Positions 20,836 to 30,029 of a stretch of 62,883 nucleotides of DNA are shown here, in pieces. A program made the position numbers and the translations under genes. Numbering within the stretch: the first letter of the stretch is position 1; the number at the start of each line of letters is the position of its first letter. The notes under the pieces were generated by a model that searched no databases, had not been told where the DNA came from, and was given only the letters and a program-made list of their open reading frames with translations. Source of the DNA: an uncultured Acetobacteraceae bacterium (GTDB lineage Bacteria > Pseudomonadota > Alphaproteobacteria > Acetobacterales > Acetobacteraceae); assembly GCA_964250215.1 (NCBI GenBank), contig CAXUEX010000001.1, positions 12,015 through 74,897 of the forward strand, given 5' to 3'.

Positions 20836-22173
20836 ATGGCGGTTCTGGGCGGCAATCAGCAGGTTGCGCAGGCATTCACCCGCTTCGGCCTGGGCGGCCG
20901 GCCCGACGATCCGCTGCCCGGCGATGCGACCCAATGGCTGATCCAGCAACTCGACGGCCCGGATCCGATGCCAACCACTGGGTTGCCGACGCTCGCGCAG
21001 TGCATGGCGCTGCTGAACGCTTACAAGAATGCACGAGCCGGCACGAAAGCGCAAAAGAACGCGGCCGATCAAATTGTAAGCACATTCAATGCCGAGGTGC
21101 AGGCCTATCTTTCCTACGCCGTGACCACCGCTGTTCCGTTTCGGGAACGGTTGGTGTGGTTCTGGGCCAATCATTTCGCGCTGCTCACTGGCAGCTACTA
21201 TCCGCAGGGCGTCGCCGGCACCTTCATCCGCGATGCAATTCGGCCTTATGTGAACGGCACGTTCCAGGACATGCTGCTGGCCGTGATGCAGCATCCGGCG
21301 ATGCTGTATTCGCTCGACAATGTGGCCTCGATCGGCCCCGACAGCAGCTACGCGTTGCAGCATCTGAAGAGCACGGGCGTGCAGCTGGGGTTCAACGAGA
21401 ACCTTGGCCGGGAATGCCTTGAGCTGCATACGGTGGGGGTGAACGCCGGCTATACGCAGGCGGATGTGGATGCGCTGGCCTATATGCTCACCGGGTGGAC
21501 GGTGGTGACGAGCAACCCGAAAGGCTTTTTTTTCGATAGCACGAAGCACCAGCCCGGGTCACAGACGCTGCTGGGCACGACCTATCCGGGCACCTTTCAG
21601 GGCGGTATCGCCGCGCTGACGGCGTTGGCCAACGATCCCAACACCTACAACCACATTGCCACGCAGCTGGTTCAGCACTTTACTTCGGACACTCCCGATC
21701 CGGCCGACGTCACCGCAGTGCAGAACGCGCTTGCCGGCAGCGGCGGCAATTTGAAGGAGGCCGCGATCGCGGTGGTAGGGCTGCCGAATGCCTGGCTGCC
21801 GCTGACGAAATTCCGCGCGCCGCAGGACCATGCGATCGCTGCGCTGCGTGCGGTTGGCGCCACGGCCGCGAACATGCCCTCCAGCTTCCCGCTGCTGATG
21901 TCGGAGCTGGGGATGCCGACCTGGAATCCGTCATTCCCGAACGGATTTTCGGATGAGATGGCGGACTGGCTTTGCCCGCAGCAGATGATTGAGCGCACCG
22001 ACTGGACACGCCTGCTCGCGCAGGGGCTGGGATCGCTCGATCCGCTGACCATCGCGGGCAGCTCGCTCGGGCCGTTCCTTACGCCGCTTACGCAACAACT
22101 ACTCGGCCAGCTTTCGAGCGTTTCCGACCAGTTCCAGTTGCTGTTCTGCTCCCCCGAATTCCAGAGGCGCTGA
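20836..22173 (+). CDS. DUF1800 family protein
   Basis: FRERLVWFWANHFA signature and ...LELHTVGV... region typical of DUF1800. Immediately followed by its usual DUF1501 partner. Confidence 0.8.
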   Translation: MAVLGGNQQVAQAFTRFGLGGRPDDPLPGDATQWLIQQLDGPDPMPTTGLPTLAQCMALLNAYKNARAGTKAQKNAADQIVSTFNAEVQAYLSYAVTTAVPFRERLVWFWANHFALLTGSYYPQGVAGTFIRDAIRPYVNGTFQDMLLAVMQHPAMLYSLDNVASIGPDSSYALQHLKSTGVQLGFNENLGRECLELHTVGVNAGYTQADVDALAYMLTGWTVVTSNPKGFFFDSTKHQPGSQTLLGTTYPGTFQGGIAALTALANDPNTYNHIATQLVQHFTSDTPDPADVTAVQNALAGSGGNLKEAAIAVVGLPNAWLPLTKFRAPQDHAIAALRAVGATAANMPSSFPLLMSELGMPTWNPSFPNGFSDEMADWLCPQQMIERTDWTRLLAQGLGSLDPLTIAGSSLGPFLTPLTQQLLGQLSSVSDQFQLLFCSPEFQRR

Positions 22174-22174
22174 C

Positions 22175-23374
22175 ATGACCCGGTCTTCGCTTGCCGCAAA
22201 GCCTGCGATTTCCCGCCGCCAGGCGCTGGCCGGCGTAGCGGCCGGAATGGCATTGGGACGCACGAAGCTAGCCTTTGCCTCCGGCACGGCGGGCAGCGGG
22301 CCACGTCTGGTGGTGATCAATGTGCGCGGCGGCCTCGATGGGCTTGCCGCCGTAATCCCGTATGGTGACAGCAATCTTCAGGGCCTGCGCCGCGCGCTGC
22401 TGCCGAAGAGGATGCTGCAACTCAACAATTTCTTTGCCTTCGATCCCAACTTGCCGAACCTGTTCGCGATGTACGCGGCGGGCCAGGCGCTCGCGGTGCA
22501 CGCGGTGGGTCCAATCTTCGATACGCGCAGCCATTTTGTGGGCCAGGATTACCTGCAAGGCGGCGGCACCACGCTGCTCAGCACCGGTTGGCTCAACCGC
22601 GCGCTGTCGATGATCGGCTATACCGGCCCGCTGCAGCCGGGCATGGCGCTTGGGCCCGTGGCGCCTGCGGTGATACACGGCAACAATCCCATTGCCGGCT
22701 GGACCGGCGATCCGTTCCCGATGACCTCGGGAAATCTCGAAACGGTGCTGCAGACGGATTCGTCGAACGACAGTTCGATCGGGCCGGTGATGTCGATCGC
22801 CTTCCAGGACCGCGATGTTTTCACCGCCATCCTGCAAGGGCAAAAGACGAGCAGCAGCAGCAACCTCGTGCACCTGGCGCAAGTGGCGGGTTATTGCCTG
22901 GCATCGCCCTATGGCCCCGCCGTTGCCGTGCTGCAGACCGACAGCGTCGATACGCACTACGAACAGAGCACTCGGCTGCCGACGATGCTGAGCGAGATCG
23001 ATCAGGCGCTCCTGGCATTGAAAACGTCGCTGGGCGCCGCGTGGGCAAACACGGTGGTGTTGACCATGACCGAATTCGGCCGCACCGCGTACGAGAACGG
23101 CACCACCGGCACCGATCACGGCACCGGTTTTGCGGTGCTGCTGGCCGGTGGGGCGGTCGCCGGCGGCCAGGTGGTGGTGCAGAACGGCTGGCCGGGATTG
23201 GGACAGTCGCAACTGTTCCAGAAGCGCGACTTGGCGCCCACCTGCTATTTCCAGCAGGTGGCGATGGCTGTGCTGTTCGACCACATGGGCATTAGCAGTT
23301 CGAACCAGGAAACGCTGTTTCCGGGTAGCACGGCGCTCGGGCTGATGCCGCTAAGCGGCCTGGTTAACGGGTAG
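22175..23374 (+). CDS. DUF1501 family protein (alkaline-phosphatase-like superfamily), Tat signal
   Basis: Twin-arginine leader SRRQALAGVAAGMALG. C-terminal TMTEFGRTAYENGTTGTDHG motif characteristic of DUF1501. Confidence 0.85.
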   Translation: MTRSSLAAKPAISRRQALAGVAAGMALGRTKLAFASGTAGSGPRLVVINVRGGLDGLAAVIPYGDSNLQGLRRALLPKRMLQLNNFFAFDPNLPNLFAMYAAGQALAVHAVGPIFDTRSHFVGQDYLQGGGTTLLSTGWLNRALSMIGYTGPLQPGMALGPVAPAVIHGNNPIAGWTGDPFPMTSGNLETVLQTDSSNDSSIGPVMSIAFQDRDVFTAILQGQKTSSSSNLVHLAQVAGYCLASPYGPAVAVLQTDSVDTHYEQSTRLPTMLSEIDQALLALKTSLGAAWANTVVLTMTEFGRTAYENGTTGTDHGTGFAVLLAGGAVAGGQVVVQNGWPGLGQSQLFQKRDLAPTCYFQQVAMAVLFDHMGISSSNQETLFPGSTALGLMPLSGLVNG

Positions 23375-24538
23375 GGCTGGCCGCCACCAATCGGCGCATT
23401 TCATGGCGATTGCGCCGGCCGCCATCAATGCTGCCATCGGCAGCGGCGTGCCATCCGTGAGCCACGCGATCAGGAAGCCGCTGCTGGCGCCGATCAGAAA
23501 CTGCAGCGTGCCAAGCATGGCCGAAGCGCTGCCCGCGTGGGCGGCGTGCCGCGTGAGCGCGCCCACCGTGGCCGTGGGGCCGATGAAGCCGGTGCAGCCC
23601 TGCGCCGCCGCCAGCAGCAAGCCGGTGACAACCGGGCCGCCGGACTTCGTTGCCGCGACTCCCAGCAGTGCGAGTGCCAGCGCCGCGTACAGCGAGCTTG
23701 CCAGCCGCAGCGTGCCGGAGAGACCGAAGCGCCGCACCAGAACCATATTCAGTTGCGAGGCAACAATATACACCGCGGCCACGCCGCCAAACACCAGCGC
23801 AAAGCGCCGCGGCGAGAGATGGAAGTAATCGATGAACACGGTGGGCATGCCGCCGAGATAAGCGAACAGAGCGAACGCGGTGAAGGCCAGCATCAGCGCG
23901 TGGCTGAGGAAATGCCGGTCGGCCAGGATGATCCGGTAGCGTTCCAGTTGCCCGCCAAGGTGCAGCCGCACGCGGCGGCGCGGCGGCAGCGTATCCGGCA
24001 GGAACAGGCCGGCGAGCAGGGCGCCGAGGCCGCCGTATGCGGTGGTTATCCAGAAGATATCGCGCCAATCGGCAAAGCTCAGCACGATGCCGCCCAGGCT
24101 GGGTGCCAGGATCGGCGCCGCGCCCAGGATCAGGATAAGCCTTGCCATGAGCCGTGCCGCGGCTTCACCTTCGGCCACGTCGCGCACGATCGCACGCGGC
24201 ACGATCATGCTGGCGGAAGCGCCGAGCGCGGCGATCGAGCGCCAGAAGGCCAGCGCGGTGATGCCGGGTGAGAGCGCGCAGGCCGCCGAGGCGATTGCAT
24301 AAAGCACTGTGCCGAGCAGCAGCGGCACGCGCCGGCCGAAACGGTCGGCGATTACGCCGACCATGAGCTGGCCTACTGAAAGCCCGAGTATCCAGGTGGC
24401 GAGCGTGATCTGCGCGGCGCCGGGGGCGGCATGGAATTCCGCTTCGATGGCCGGAAAGGCCGGCAGATACATGTCGATCGAAAGCGGCCCGACGGCCGAG
24501 AGGAAGCCGAGCAGCAGCGGCAGGTAGGGACGCGGCAC
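23351..24538 (-). CDS. MFS transporter, Bcr/CflA drug-resistance subfamily
   Basis: LLLGFLSAVGPLSIDMYLPAFPAIEAEF N-terminus and DRFGRRVPLL motif A. About 12 predicted TM segments. Confidence 0.85.
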   Translation of the reverse strand: MPRPYLPLLLGFLSAVGPLSIDMYLPAFPAIEAEFHAAPGAAQITLATWILGLSVGQLMVGVIADRFGRRVPLLLGTVLYAIASAACALSPGITALAFWRSIAALGASASMIVPRAIVRDVAEGEAAARLMARLILILGAAPILAPSLGGIVLSFADWRDIFWITTAYGGLGALLAGLFLPDTLPPRRRVRLHLGGQLERYRIILADRHFLSHALMLAFTAFALFAYLGGMPTVFIDYFHLSPRRFALVFGGVAAVYIVASQLNMVLVRRFGLSGTLRLASSLYAALALALLGVAATKSGGPVVTGLLLAAAQGCTGFIGPTATVGALTRHAAHAGSASAMLGTLQFLIGASSGFLIAWLTDGTPLPMAALMAAGAIAMKCADWWRPALPVNQAA

Positions 24539-24550
24539 CGGCGTCGCGAT

Positions 24551-24892
24551 TCAGTACAGCCGGCCGCCGTCGGGCACTTTGAAATCGGGGCGGATCAGGA
24601 TGATTTCGGCATTTTCGCAAGGCAGGCCGAGCGTGAGCACTTCGCTGGTGAAATCCGCGATCTGGCGCGCCGGGATGTTCACGATCGCGCAGACCTGGCG
24701 GCCGATGAGCTGATCCGGCGCGTAATGCGTGGTGATCTGCGCAGACGAGGTTTTCGTGCCGATCGTCTCGCCGAAATCGATCCAGAGCTGGATGGCGGCC
24801 TTACGCGCTTCCGGGAACGGCCGCGCATCTACCACGGTCCCCACCCGGATATCGAGGCGCTGGAAATCTTCGAGGCTCGCGCTGTGGTTCAT
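24551..24892 (-). CDS. tRNA-binding domain protein (CsaA/YgjH-like)
   Basis: 113 aa, starting at MNHSASLEDFQRLDIRVGTVV. ...QLWIDFGE.IG.K.SSAQIT..Y....LIGRQV..VVN is typical of the EMAP/CsaA OB-fold. The start is internal to track ORF 24551..25057. Confidence 0.8.
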   Translation of the reverse strand: MNHSASLEDFQRLDIRVGTVVDARPFPEARKAAIQLWIDFGETIGTKTSSAQITTHYAPDQLIGRQVCAIVNIPARQIADFTSEVLTLGLPCENAEIILIRPDFKVPDGGRLY

Positions 24893-24924
24893 GCGTGTGA
24901 GATACGCCGGTTTGCGCGGCCGGC

Positions 24925-25704
24925 CTAGTCCCGGCCGGTGGCCGATGACAGGCGCTGCGCCAACAGCACCGGCACCGCGGTGAGCAGGATAATGGCAAAA
25001 GCCACGACATTGACCTCCGGCAGGCGCTGGCCGAGCCGGATGGCGCCGAGTATCCACAACGGCAGCGTGGTTTGCACACCGGCGGTGAAGGTGGTGACGA
25101 TTACTTCATCAAACGACAGCGCGAACGCGAGCATGGCGCCTGCGCCGATGGCGCTGGCCAGCAGCGGCAGCGTGATGCGCCGGAAGGTGCGCCACGGGCC
25201 GGCACCGAGATCGGCGGAGGCTTCGGCCAGGTTGCGCGGCAGCCGGCGGAGCCGGGCCAGCACGTTGTTGTGCACGATGACGATGCAGAAGGTGGCGTGC
25301 GCGGCAACGATCGTGGGGAAGCCGAGGGCGATGCCGAGCGACGCGAAATAGGCGTTCATGGCCATGCCGCTGACGATGCCGGGCAGCGCCACCGGCAGCA
25401 CGAGCAGGAAGGATGCGGCCGTGGCGGCGCGCGGCGGCAGGCGGTGCACCGCGAGTGCCGAGAGTGTGCCGAGCAGCGTGGCGAGCAGCGTGGCCAGCAA
25501 TGCCACTTCAAGCGATAGCGCGAGTGCTGCGCGCACTTCCGGATCGTGCAGCGCGAGCGACCACCAGTGGAACGAAAATCCTGAAATGGGCCAGCTTTGC
25601 ACATTGCTGGCGGAGAACGCGTAGATCGCGATGATGGCGATCGGCGCGAACAGGAAGGCGAGCACGAATGCCGACGCGGCCCGAAGGAACCATCCTGTTT
25701 TCAT
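24925..25704 (-). CDS. ABC transporter permease (PotC/PotI-like)
   Basis: Six-TM permease with an EAA-like loop (EASADLGAGPWRTFRRITLPL). 4-nt overlap with the upstream permease gene. Confidence 0.85.
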   Translation of the reverse strand: MKTGWFLRAASAFVLAFLFAPIAIIAIYAFSASNVQSWPISGFSFHWWSLALHDPEVRAALALSLEVALLATLLATLLGTLSALAVHRLPPRAATAASFLLVLPVALPGIVSGMAMNAYFASLGIALGFPTIVAAHATFCIVIVHNNVLARLRRLPRNLAEASADLGAGPWRTFRRITLPLLASAIGAGAMLAFALSFDEVIVTTFTAGVQTTLPLWILGAIRLGQRLPEVNVVAFAIILLTAVPVLLAQRLSSATGRD

Positions 25705-26546
25705 AGCGCATCGAACGCGCCAAGCTTGCGCGCCGCGGTGAGATAAATGGCCATCGTTGCGAGCGGCACCACCGCGAAAGCGGCGGCGAATGGCAGATTG
25801 TTGGCCACGCCGACATTCGTATACACCACATTGCCGATGAAATCCGATCCCGGGCCGCCGATCAGCAGCGGCGTGAGGAAGTCGCCCAGCGTGAGCGAGA
25901 AGGTGAAGATGGATCCGGCGACCATGCCCGGCAGCGCCATCGGCAGCAGCACGCGGCGCCAGGTGGCGAACGCGCCGGCGCCGAGATCGCTCGAAGCTTC
26001 CACGAGCGAGCGTGGAATGCGTTCAATGGCGGCGGTGAGCGGCAGGATCATGAACGGCAGCCAAAGATAGGCAAACACCAGCCACATGGCGATGTTGGTG
26101 TAGGCGATCGACTGGTCGGGCAGGTGCAGCACGCGCAGTATCCAGTTGATCACGCCATCATGCGCCAGCATCAGCCGCCATGCATAGATGCGGGCCAGCG
26201 TGCTGCACCAGAGCGGCACCATGATCGCGGCGAGCAGCCAGGCGCGCCCGCTTGGTGTAGCGTAGCGGGCGGCATACAGGGCGAAGGGCCAAGCCAGCGC
26301 TGCATCGGTGAGCGTGACGAGCGTGGCGAGCAGGATAGTTCGTTTGGCGACATGACGGAAAGTGGGATCGGTAAGCAGCAACCTGAAGTTGTCGAGCGTG
26401 GGGTGGCGCTGGATTTCACCCGAGAGCGGATCGACCTGCCAGAAAGCAGCGGCAAAAAGCGCGCCGAGAGCCGCGAGATAGAAGGCGAGAAACCAGGCGA
26501 GCGGCGGCAGGCCGAGCCAGCGCGCTAGCCTTTGATCTGCTGCCAT
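25701..26546 (-). CDS. ABC transporter permease (PotB/PotH-like)
   Basis: EAA loop EASSDLGAGAFATWRRVLLPM. Start taken at Met100 (MAADQRLARW) of track ORF 25701..26843, because the upstream extension overlaps the binding-protein gene. Confidence 0.8.
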   Translation of the reverse strand: MAADQRLARWLGLPPLAWFLAFYLAALGALFAAAFWQVDPLSGEIQRHPTLDNFRLLLTDPTFRHVAKRTILLATLVTLTDAALAWPFALYAARYATPSGRAWLLAAIMVPLWCSTLARIYAWRLMLAHDGVINWILRVLHLPDQSIAYTNIAMWLVFAYLWLPFMILPLTAAIERIPRSLVEASSDLGAGAFATWRRVLLPMALPGMVAGSIFTFSLTLGDFLTPLLIGGPGSDFIGNVVYTNVGVANNLPFAAAFAVVPLATMAIYLTAARKLGAFDAL

Positions 26547-27625
26547 GCAAGCTGCCAGGCGCGATAATCGAGGCAATCGGTGCTGCCGTTGCCGCATTGC
26601 CGCACAGGAGTTTTCCAGAATCGTATGCGCGCGAAATAGCTTGCCGGTGCATCGGCGTGGTAGCGGTGGCAACTTCCGGCAGCAAGTTTGTCCATCTCCG
26701 CGCAGGCTTTGGCATTGGCCGGTGTTTCGCCGAAGGAGAGCGCCTGCTGTGCCTGCACGCGCGGCGTGGTGACGTAGGCTATCCAGCGATAGGCGCATTC
26801 CGGATGTGGCGCGTGCGCCGAAATCATCCAGGAATCCGCCCATCCAGTGGCGCCTTCACGCGGGATGGTTTCCGCCACGTGTGCGCCGGAGGCTTGCAAC
26901 GTGTTCGTCATGTAGGGCCACGCGGCGCCGAGCGTGGCGTCGCCGTTGCTGAACAGGTCTATGGCGTCGGAGGCGAGTGCCCAGTATTTCTTCAGCAGCG
27001 GTTTCTGCGCGCGCAGCAGCGCCACGGCAGCATCCATCTGCGCCTGGTTCAGTTCGTAGGGATCGGCAATGTGCAGATCCGGTTGCGCTTGCGCGAGGTA
27101 GAGCGCGGCATCCGCGATCTGGATCGGGTTATCCGGCACGGTGATCTGTCCGGCGTTCGTAGGATCGTAGAGCGTTTTCCAAGATTGCGGGATCGCGGGG
27201 TGCGTCGCCGTGTTCCACAACAGCACGTTCGGTCCCCATTCGTAGGAGATGCCGTAATGCACGCCTCGTACGGTGTTGAAGGCCGGCGATTGCAGATCGG
27301 GGACAATGTCTTGCCACGCCGAAATGCGGGACAGATCGAGCGGCGCCACGTTGTGGCCAAAAATCAACCGCAGCGAGGCGTCGCCTGAGGCGGAGACCAG
27401 ATCGTAATCGGTGCTGCCCTGGCGCATCAGCGCCACCATTTCATCGGAGCTGCCGGCGTATTTGCGGTGCACGATGCAGCCGGTCTGCTGCTCGAACGGC
27501 TTCACCCATTCGTCCTGCGCGTAGCCTTCCCAGGCAACGATATTCAGCGCGCCTTCGGGTGTGGCGGTCGGCGACTGCGCCTGCGCGGGAAGGGCAAGCA
27601 GGACGCCGGCTAGCAAGCGTTTCAT
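26525..27625 (-). CDS. periplasmic polyamine-type solute-binding protein (PotD/PotF-like)
   Basis: Signal peptide [25 protein letters not shown]...YDLV..SGD and ...WADSWMI... are typical of family-1 spermidine/putrescine SBPs. ATGA overlap with the ATPase stop. Confidence 0.85.
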   Translation of the reverse strand: MKRLLAGVLLALPAQAQSPTATPEGALNIVAWEGYAQDEWVKPFEQQTGCIVHRKYAGSSDEMVALMRQGSTDYDLVSASGDASLRLIFGHNVAPLDLSRISAWQDIVPDLQSPAFNTVRGVHYGISYEWGPNVLLWNTATHPAIPQSWKTLYDPTNAGQITVPDNPIQIADAALYLAQAQPDLHIADPYELNQAQMDAAVALLRAQKPLLKKYWALASDAIDLFSNGDATLGAAWPYMTNTLQASGAHVAETIPREGATGWADSWMISAHAPHPECAYRWIAYVTTPRVQAQQALSFGETPANAKACAEMDKLAAGSCHRYHADAPASYFARIRFWKTPVRQCGNGSTDCLDYRAWQLAWQQIKG

Positions 27626-28608
27626 GCGGCGGCATCTTTGAGCAAAGAGCGCGCTGGGTTCTGCCAACTGGCCATCACCGCCGTGCCGGGTGGCGGCGGC
27701 GGTCCGTCGGTCCAGCTTGCGAGCAGCGTATTGCCATCCGCGAGTTCCACGGCAATGCGGGTGCAGGTGCCAAGATAGCGAGTTTCGCGCACCATTGCCG
27801 GCTCGCCTTCGCCGTGGATGGAATGTGGCTGCAAGCGCACATGTTCCGGACGCAGCAAAGTAACCTTGCCGTTGCGGCGCAGCAGCGAGGCGGTGCCGAC
27901 GAAGCCGGCGACAAATTCGCTGGCCGGCTGCTCGTATATTTCCACGGGCGTGCCCTCCTGCTCGATGCGGCCGCGGTTGAACACCGCCACGCGGTCGCTC
28001 ATCGCCAGCGCTTCTTCCTGATCATGCGTGACATACACGAAGGCGATGCCGGTCTCGTGCTGCAATGCCTTCAGTTCCTGCTGCATGCGATGGCGCAGTT
28101 GCAGATCCAGCGCGCCAAGCGGTTCGTCCAGCAGCAGCAGAGCGGGGCGGTTCACGATCGCGCGGGCGAGGGCGACGCGCTGCCGCTGACCGCCGGAAAG
28201 CTGTGCCGGGCGGCGGCTTGCGAGATCGGCGAGCTGCACCTGCGCCAGCGCGGCTTCGGCACGAAGTCGCGCTTCGGCTGCCGGCACGCGCTTGGCGAGA
28301 AGGCCGTAACAGACATTATCGAGCAGCGACATGTGTGGAAACAGCGCGTAATCCTGGAATACCGTGTTCACATGGCGGCGGTTCGGCGGCAGGTGCGTGA
28401 TGTTCTGCCCAGCCAGCTCAATGGTGCCAGCATCGGGAAGTTCGAAGCCCGCGATCAGCCGGAGCACCGTGGTCTTGCCGGATCCGGAAGGGCCCAGCAT
28501 CGTGAAGAAGCTGCCGGGCGCGATGCTGAGATCGAGGTGTTCGACGGCGACCGTCGTGCCATAGGATTTGCGCACCCCGCGGAGGCGCGCGGCCGGGTTC
28601 AGCCCCAT
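27622..28608 (-). CDS. ABC transporter ATP-binding protein (PotA-like)
   Basis: Walker [10 protein letters not shown], signature [14 protein letters not shown], Walker B LLLLDEP, plus a TOBE-like C-terminal domain. Confidence 0.9.
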   Translation of the reverse strand: MGLNPAARLRGVRKSYGTTVAVEHLDLSIAPGSFFTMLGPSGSGKTTVLRLIAGFELPDAGTIELAGQNITHLPPNRRHVNTVFQDYALFPHMSLLDNVCYGLLAKRVPAAEARLRAEAALAQVQLADLASRRPAQLSGGQRQRVALARAIVNRPALLLLDEPLGALDLQLRHRMQQELKALQHETGIAFVYVTHDQEEALAMSDRVAVFNRGRIEQEGTPVEIYEQPASEFVAGFVGTASLLRRNGKVTLLRPEHVRLQPHSIHGEGEPAMVRETRYLGTCTRIAVELADGNTLLASWTDGPPPPPGTAVMASWQNPARSLLKDAAA

Positions 28609-30029
28609 TTCACCATCACATGCCGCGCGACGGTGTAATCCTCCAGCGAGAGCAGGCTCATGTCCTTGCCGTAGCCGGAATTCTTCAGGCCGCCGTGCGG
28701 CATTTCGTTAACGGAACTGAAATGCGTGTTCACCCAAGTAGCGCCGTAACGCAGCCGCGCCGCCACCTGCATGGCGCGGGACGTATCGCGGGTCCATACC
28801 GAGGAAGCAAGGCCGTAATCGGAATCATTGGCCCATTCGATCGCCTGCTCGGTGTCGGAGAAGCGCGTGACCGAGACCACGGGGCCGAACACCTCGCGCC
28901 GCACGATCTCATCCTCTTGGCGGGCGCCGGCGATCACGGTGGGCTTGAAATGGAAGCCATTGCCTGTCCCTGTCGTGCCGCCCGTGGCCAGTTCCACGTG
29001 CGCCAGTTCCCGCGCCCGCTGCACGAAACCCGCAACGCGGCTTTGCTGGCGAGCGGAAATCAGCGGCGGAATTTCGTTTTGCGAGTCCTCCGCCAGACCG
29101 AAGCGCAGCGAGTCCGCGGCAGCCGACAGATCGGCCACAAGCCGGTCGTGGATTTTGGCGCCGGCATAGATGCGACTGGCGGCTGTGCAGTCCTGTCCCG
29201 CATTGTAAAAGCTAGCGGCGCGCAGGTTTGCAACCACCGCATCGAGATCGGCGTCGTCGAACACCAGCACGGGCGCTTTGCCGCCCAGCTCCAGATGCGT
29301 GCGCTTCAGCCGCGCGGCGGCGGCGGCCACCACCTTGCGGCCGGTGCCGACATCGCCGGTGAGCGACACCATGTCGATCCCCTCGTGATCGATGATGTGC
29401 TGGCCGATTACCGAACCGGTGCCCAGCACGACGTTCACGACACCCGGGGGGAAGATTGTGGCCAGATGCCGGGCGAGTGCCAGCAACGAGAGCGGCGTAT
29501 TCTCGGAAGGCTTGATCACGACGGTGTTGCCGCCGGCGAGTGCGGGCGCCAGTTTCCAGGCCGCCATCAATAGTGGATAGTTCCAGGGCGCGATCGAACC
29601 TACCACGCCCACCGGATCGCGGCGCAACATGCTGGTATGGCCCTCAAGGTACTCGCCAGTGACCAGCCCCGGCAGCGTGCGTGCAGCGCCGGCGAAAAAG
29701 CGGAAGCAATCGACGATTGCAGGCATTTCGTCGTCGAGCATCGCGTGCTCGGGCTTGCCTGTGTTCCGCGCTTCAATGGCGGCGAGCGCGGAGGCGTCGT
29801 GTTCGATCGCATCGGCCAGTTTCAGCAGCAGTGCCGATCGTGCGCGCGGCGTGGTGCGGGACCAGGAATCGAACGCGCGCCGCGCGGCCGCAACTGCACG
29901 ATCGACCTGCGCCGGAGATGCCTGGGCAATATCGGCAATCGAAGCGCCGCTACGCGGATCGATGATTGCTTCGGCAGGGCCTTCGCCGGCCTCGAACTCG
30001 CCATCGATAAGAAGCTGGTTGTAGATCAC
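28599..30029 (-). CDS. NAD-dependent aldehyde dehydrogenase (gamma-aminobutyraldehyde dehydrogenase-like)
   Basis: Starts at GTG 30029 ([12 protein letters not shown]), forming GTGA with the upstream stop. Motifs [19 protein letters not shown] and [10 protein letters not shown] (catalytic Cys). The N-terminus resembles E. coli PatD/YdcW. Confidence 0.9.
   Translation of the reverse strand: MIYNQLLIDGEFEAGEGPAEAIIDPRSGASIADIAQASPAQVDRAVAAARRAFDSWSRTTPRARSALLLKLADAIEHDASALAAIEARNTGKPEHAMLDDEMPAIVDCFRFFAGAARTLPGLVTGEYLEGHTSMLRRDPVGVVGSIAPWNYPLLMAAWKLAPALAGGNTVVIKPSENTPLSLLALARHLATIFPPGVVNVVLGTGSVIGQHIIDHEGIDMVSLTGDVGTGRKVVAAAAARLKRTHLELGGKAPVLVFDDADLDAVVANLRAASFYNAGQDCTAASRIYAGAKIHDRLVADLSAAADSLRFGLAEDSQNEIPPLISARQQSRVAGFVQRARELAHVELATGGTTGTGNGFHFKPTVIAGARQEDEIVRREVFGPVVSVTRFSDTEQAIEWANDSDYGLASSVWTRDTSRAMQVAARLRYGATWVNTHFSSVNEMPHGGLKNSGYGKDMSLLSLEDYTVARHVMVKWG

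Noticed and set aside
20185-21549. 454-aa minus-strand ORF opposite the PstS-like paralogue 2 and DUF1800 genes
   Set aside because: It spans the intergenic AT-rich region and two well-supported plus-strand genes. It has shadow-frame composition.
26100-26800. Off-by-one disagreements between my manual base counting and the ORF-track coordinates
   Set aside because: I attribute these to my own counting error rather than to a frameshift or pseudogene. All three ABC genes here are intact in the track, so I used the track coordinates.
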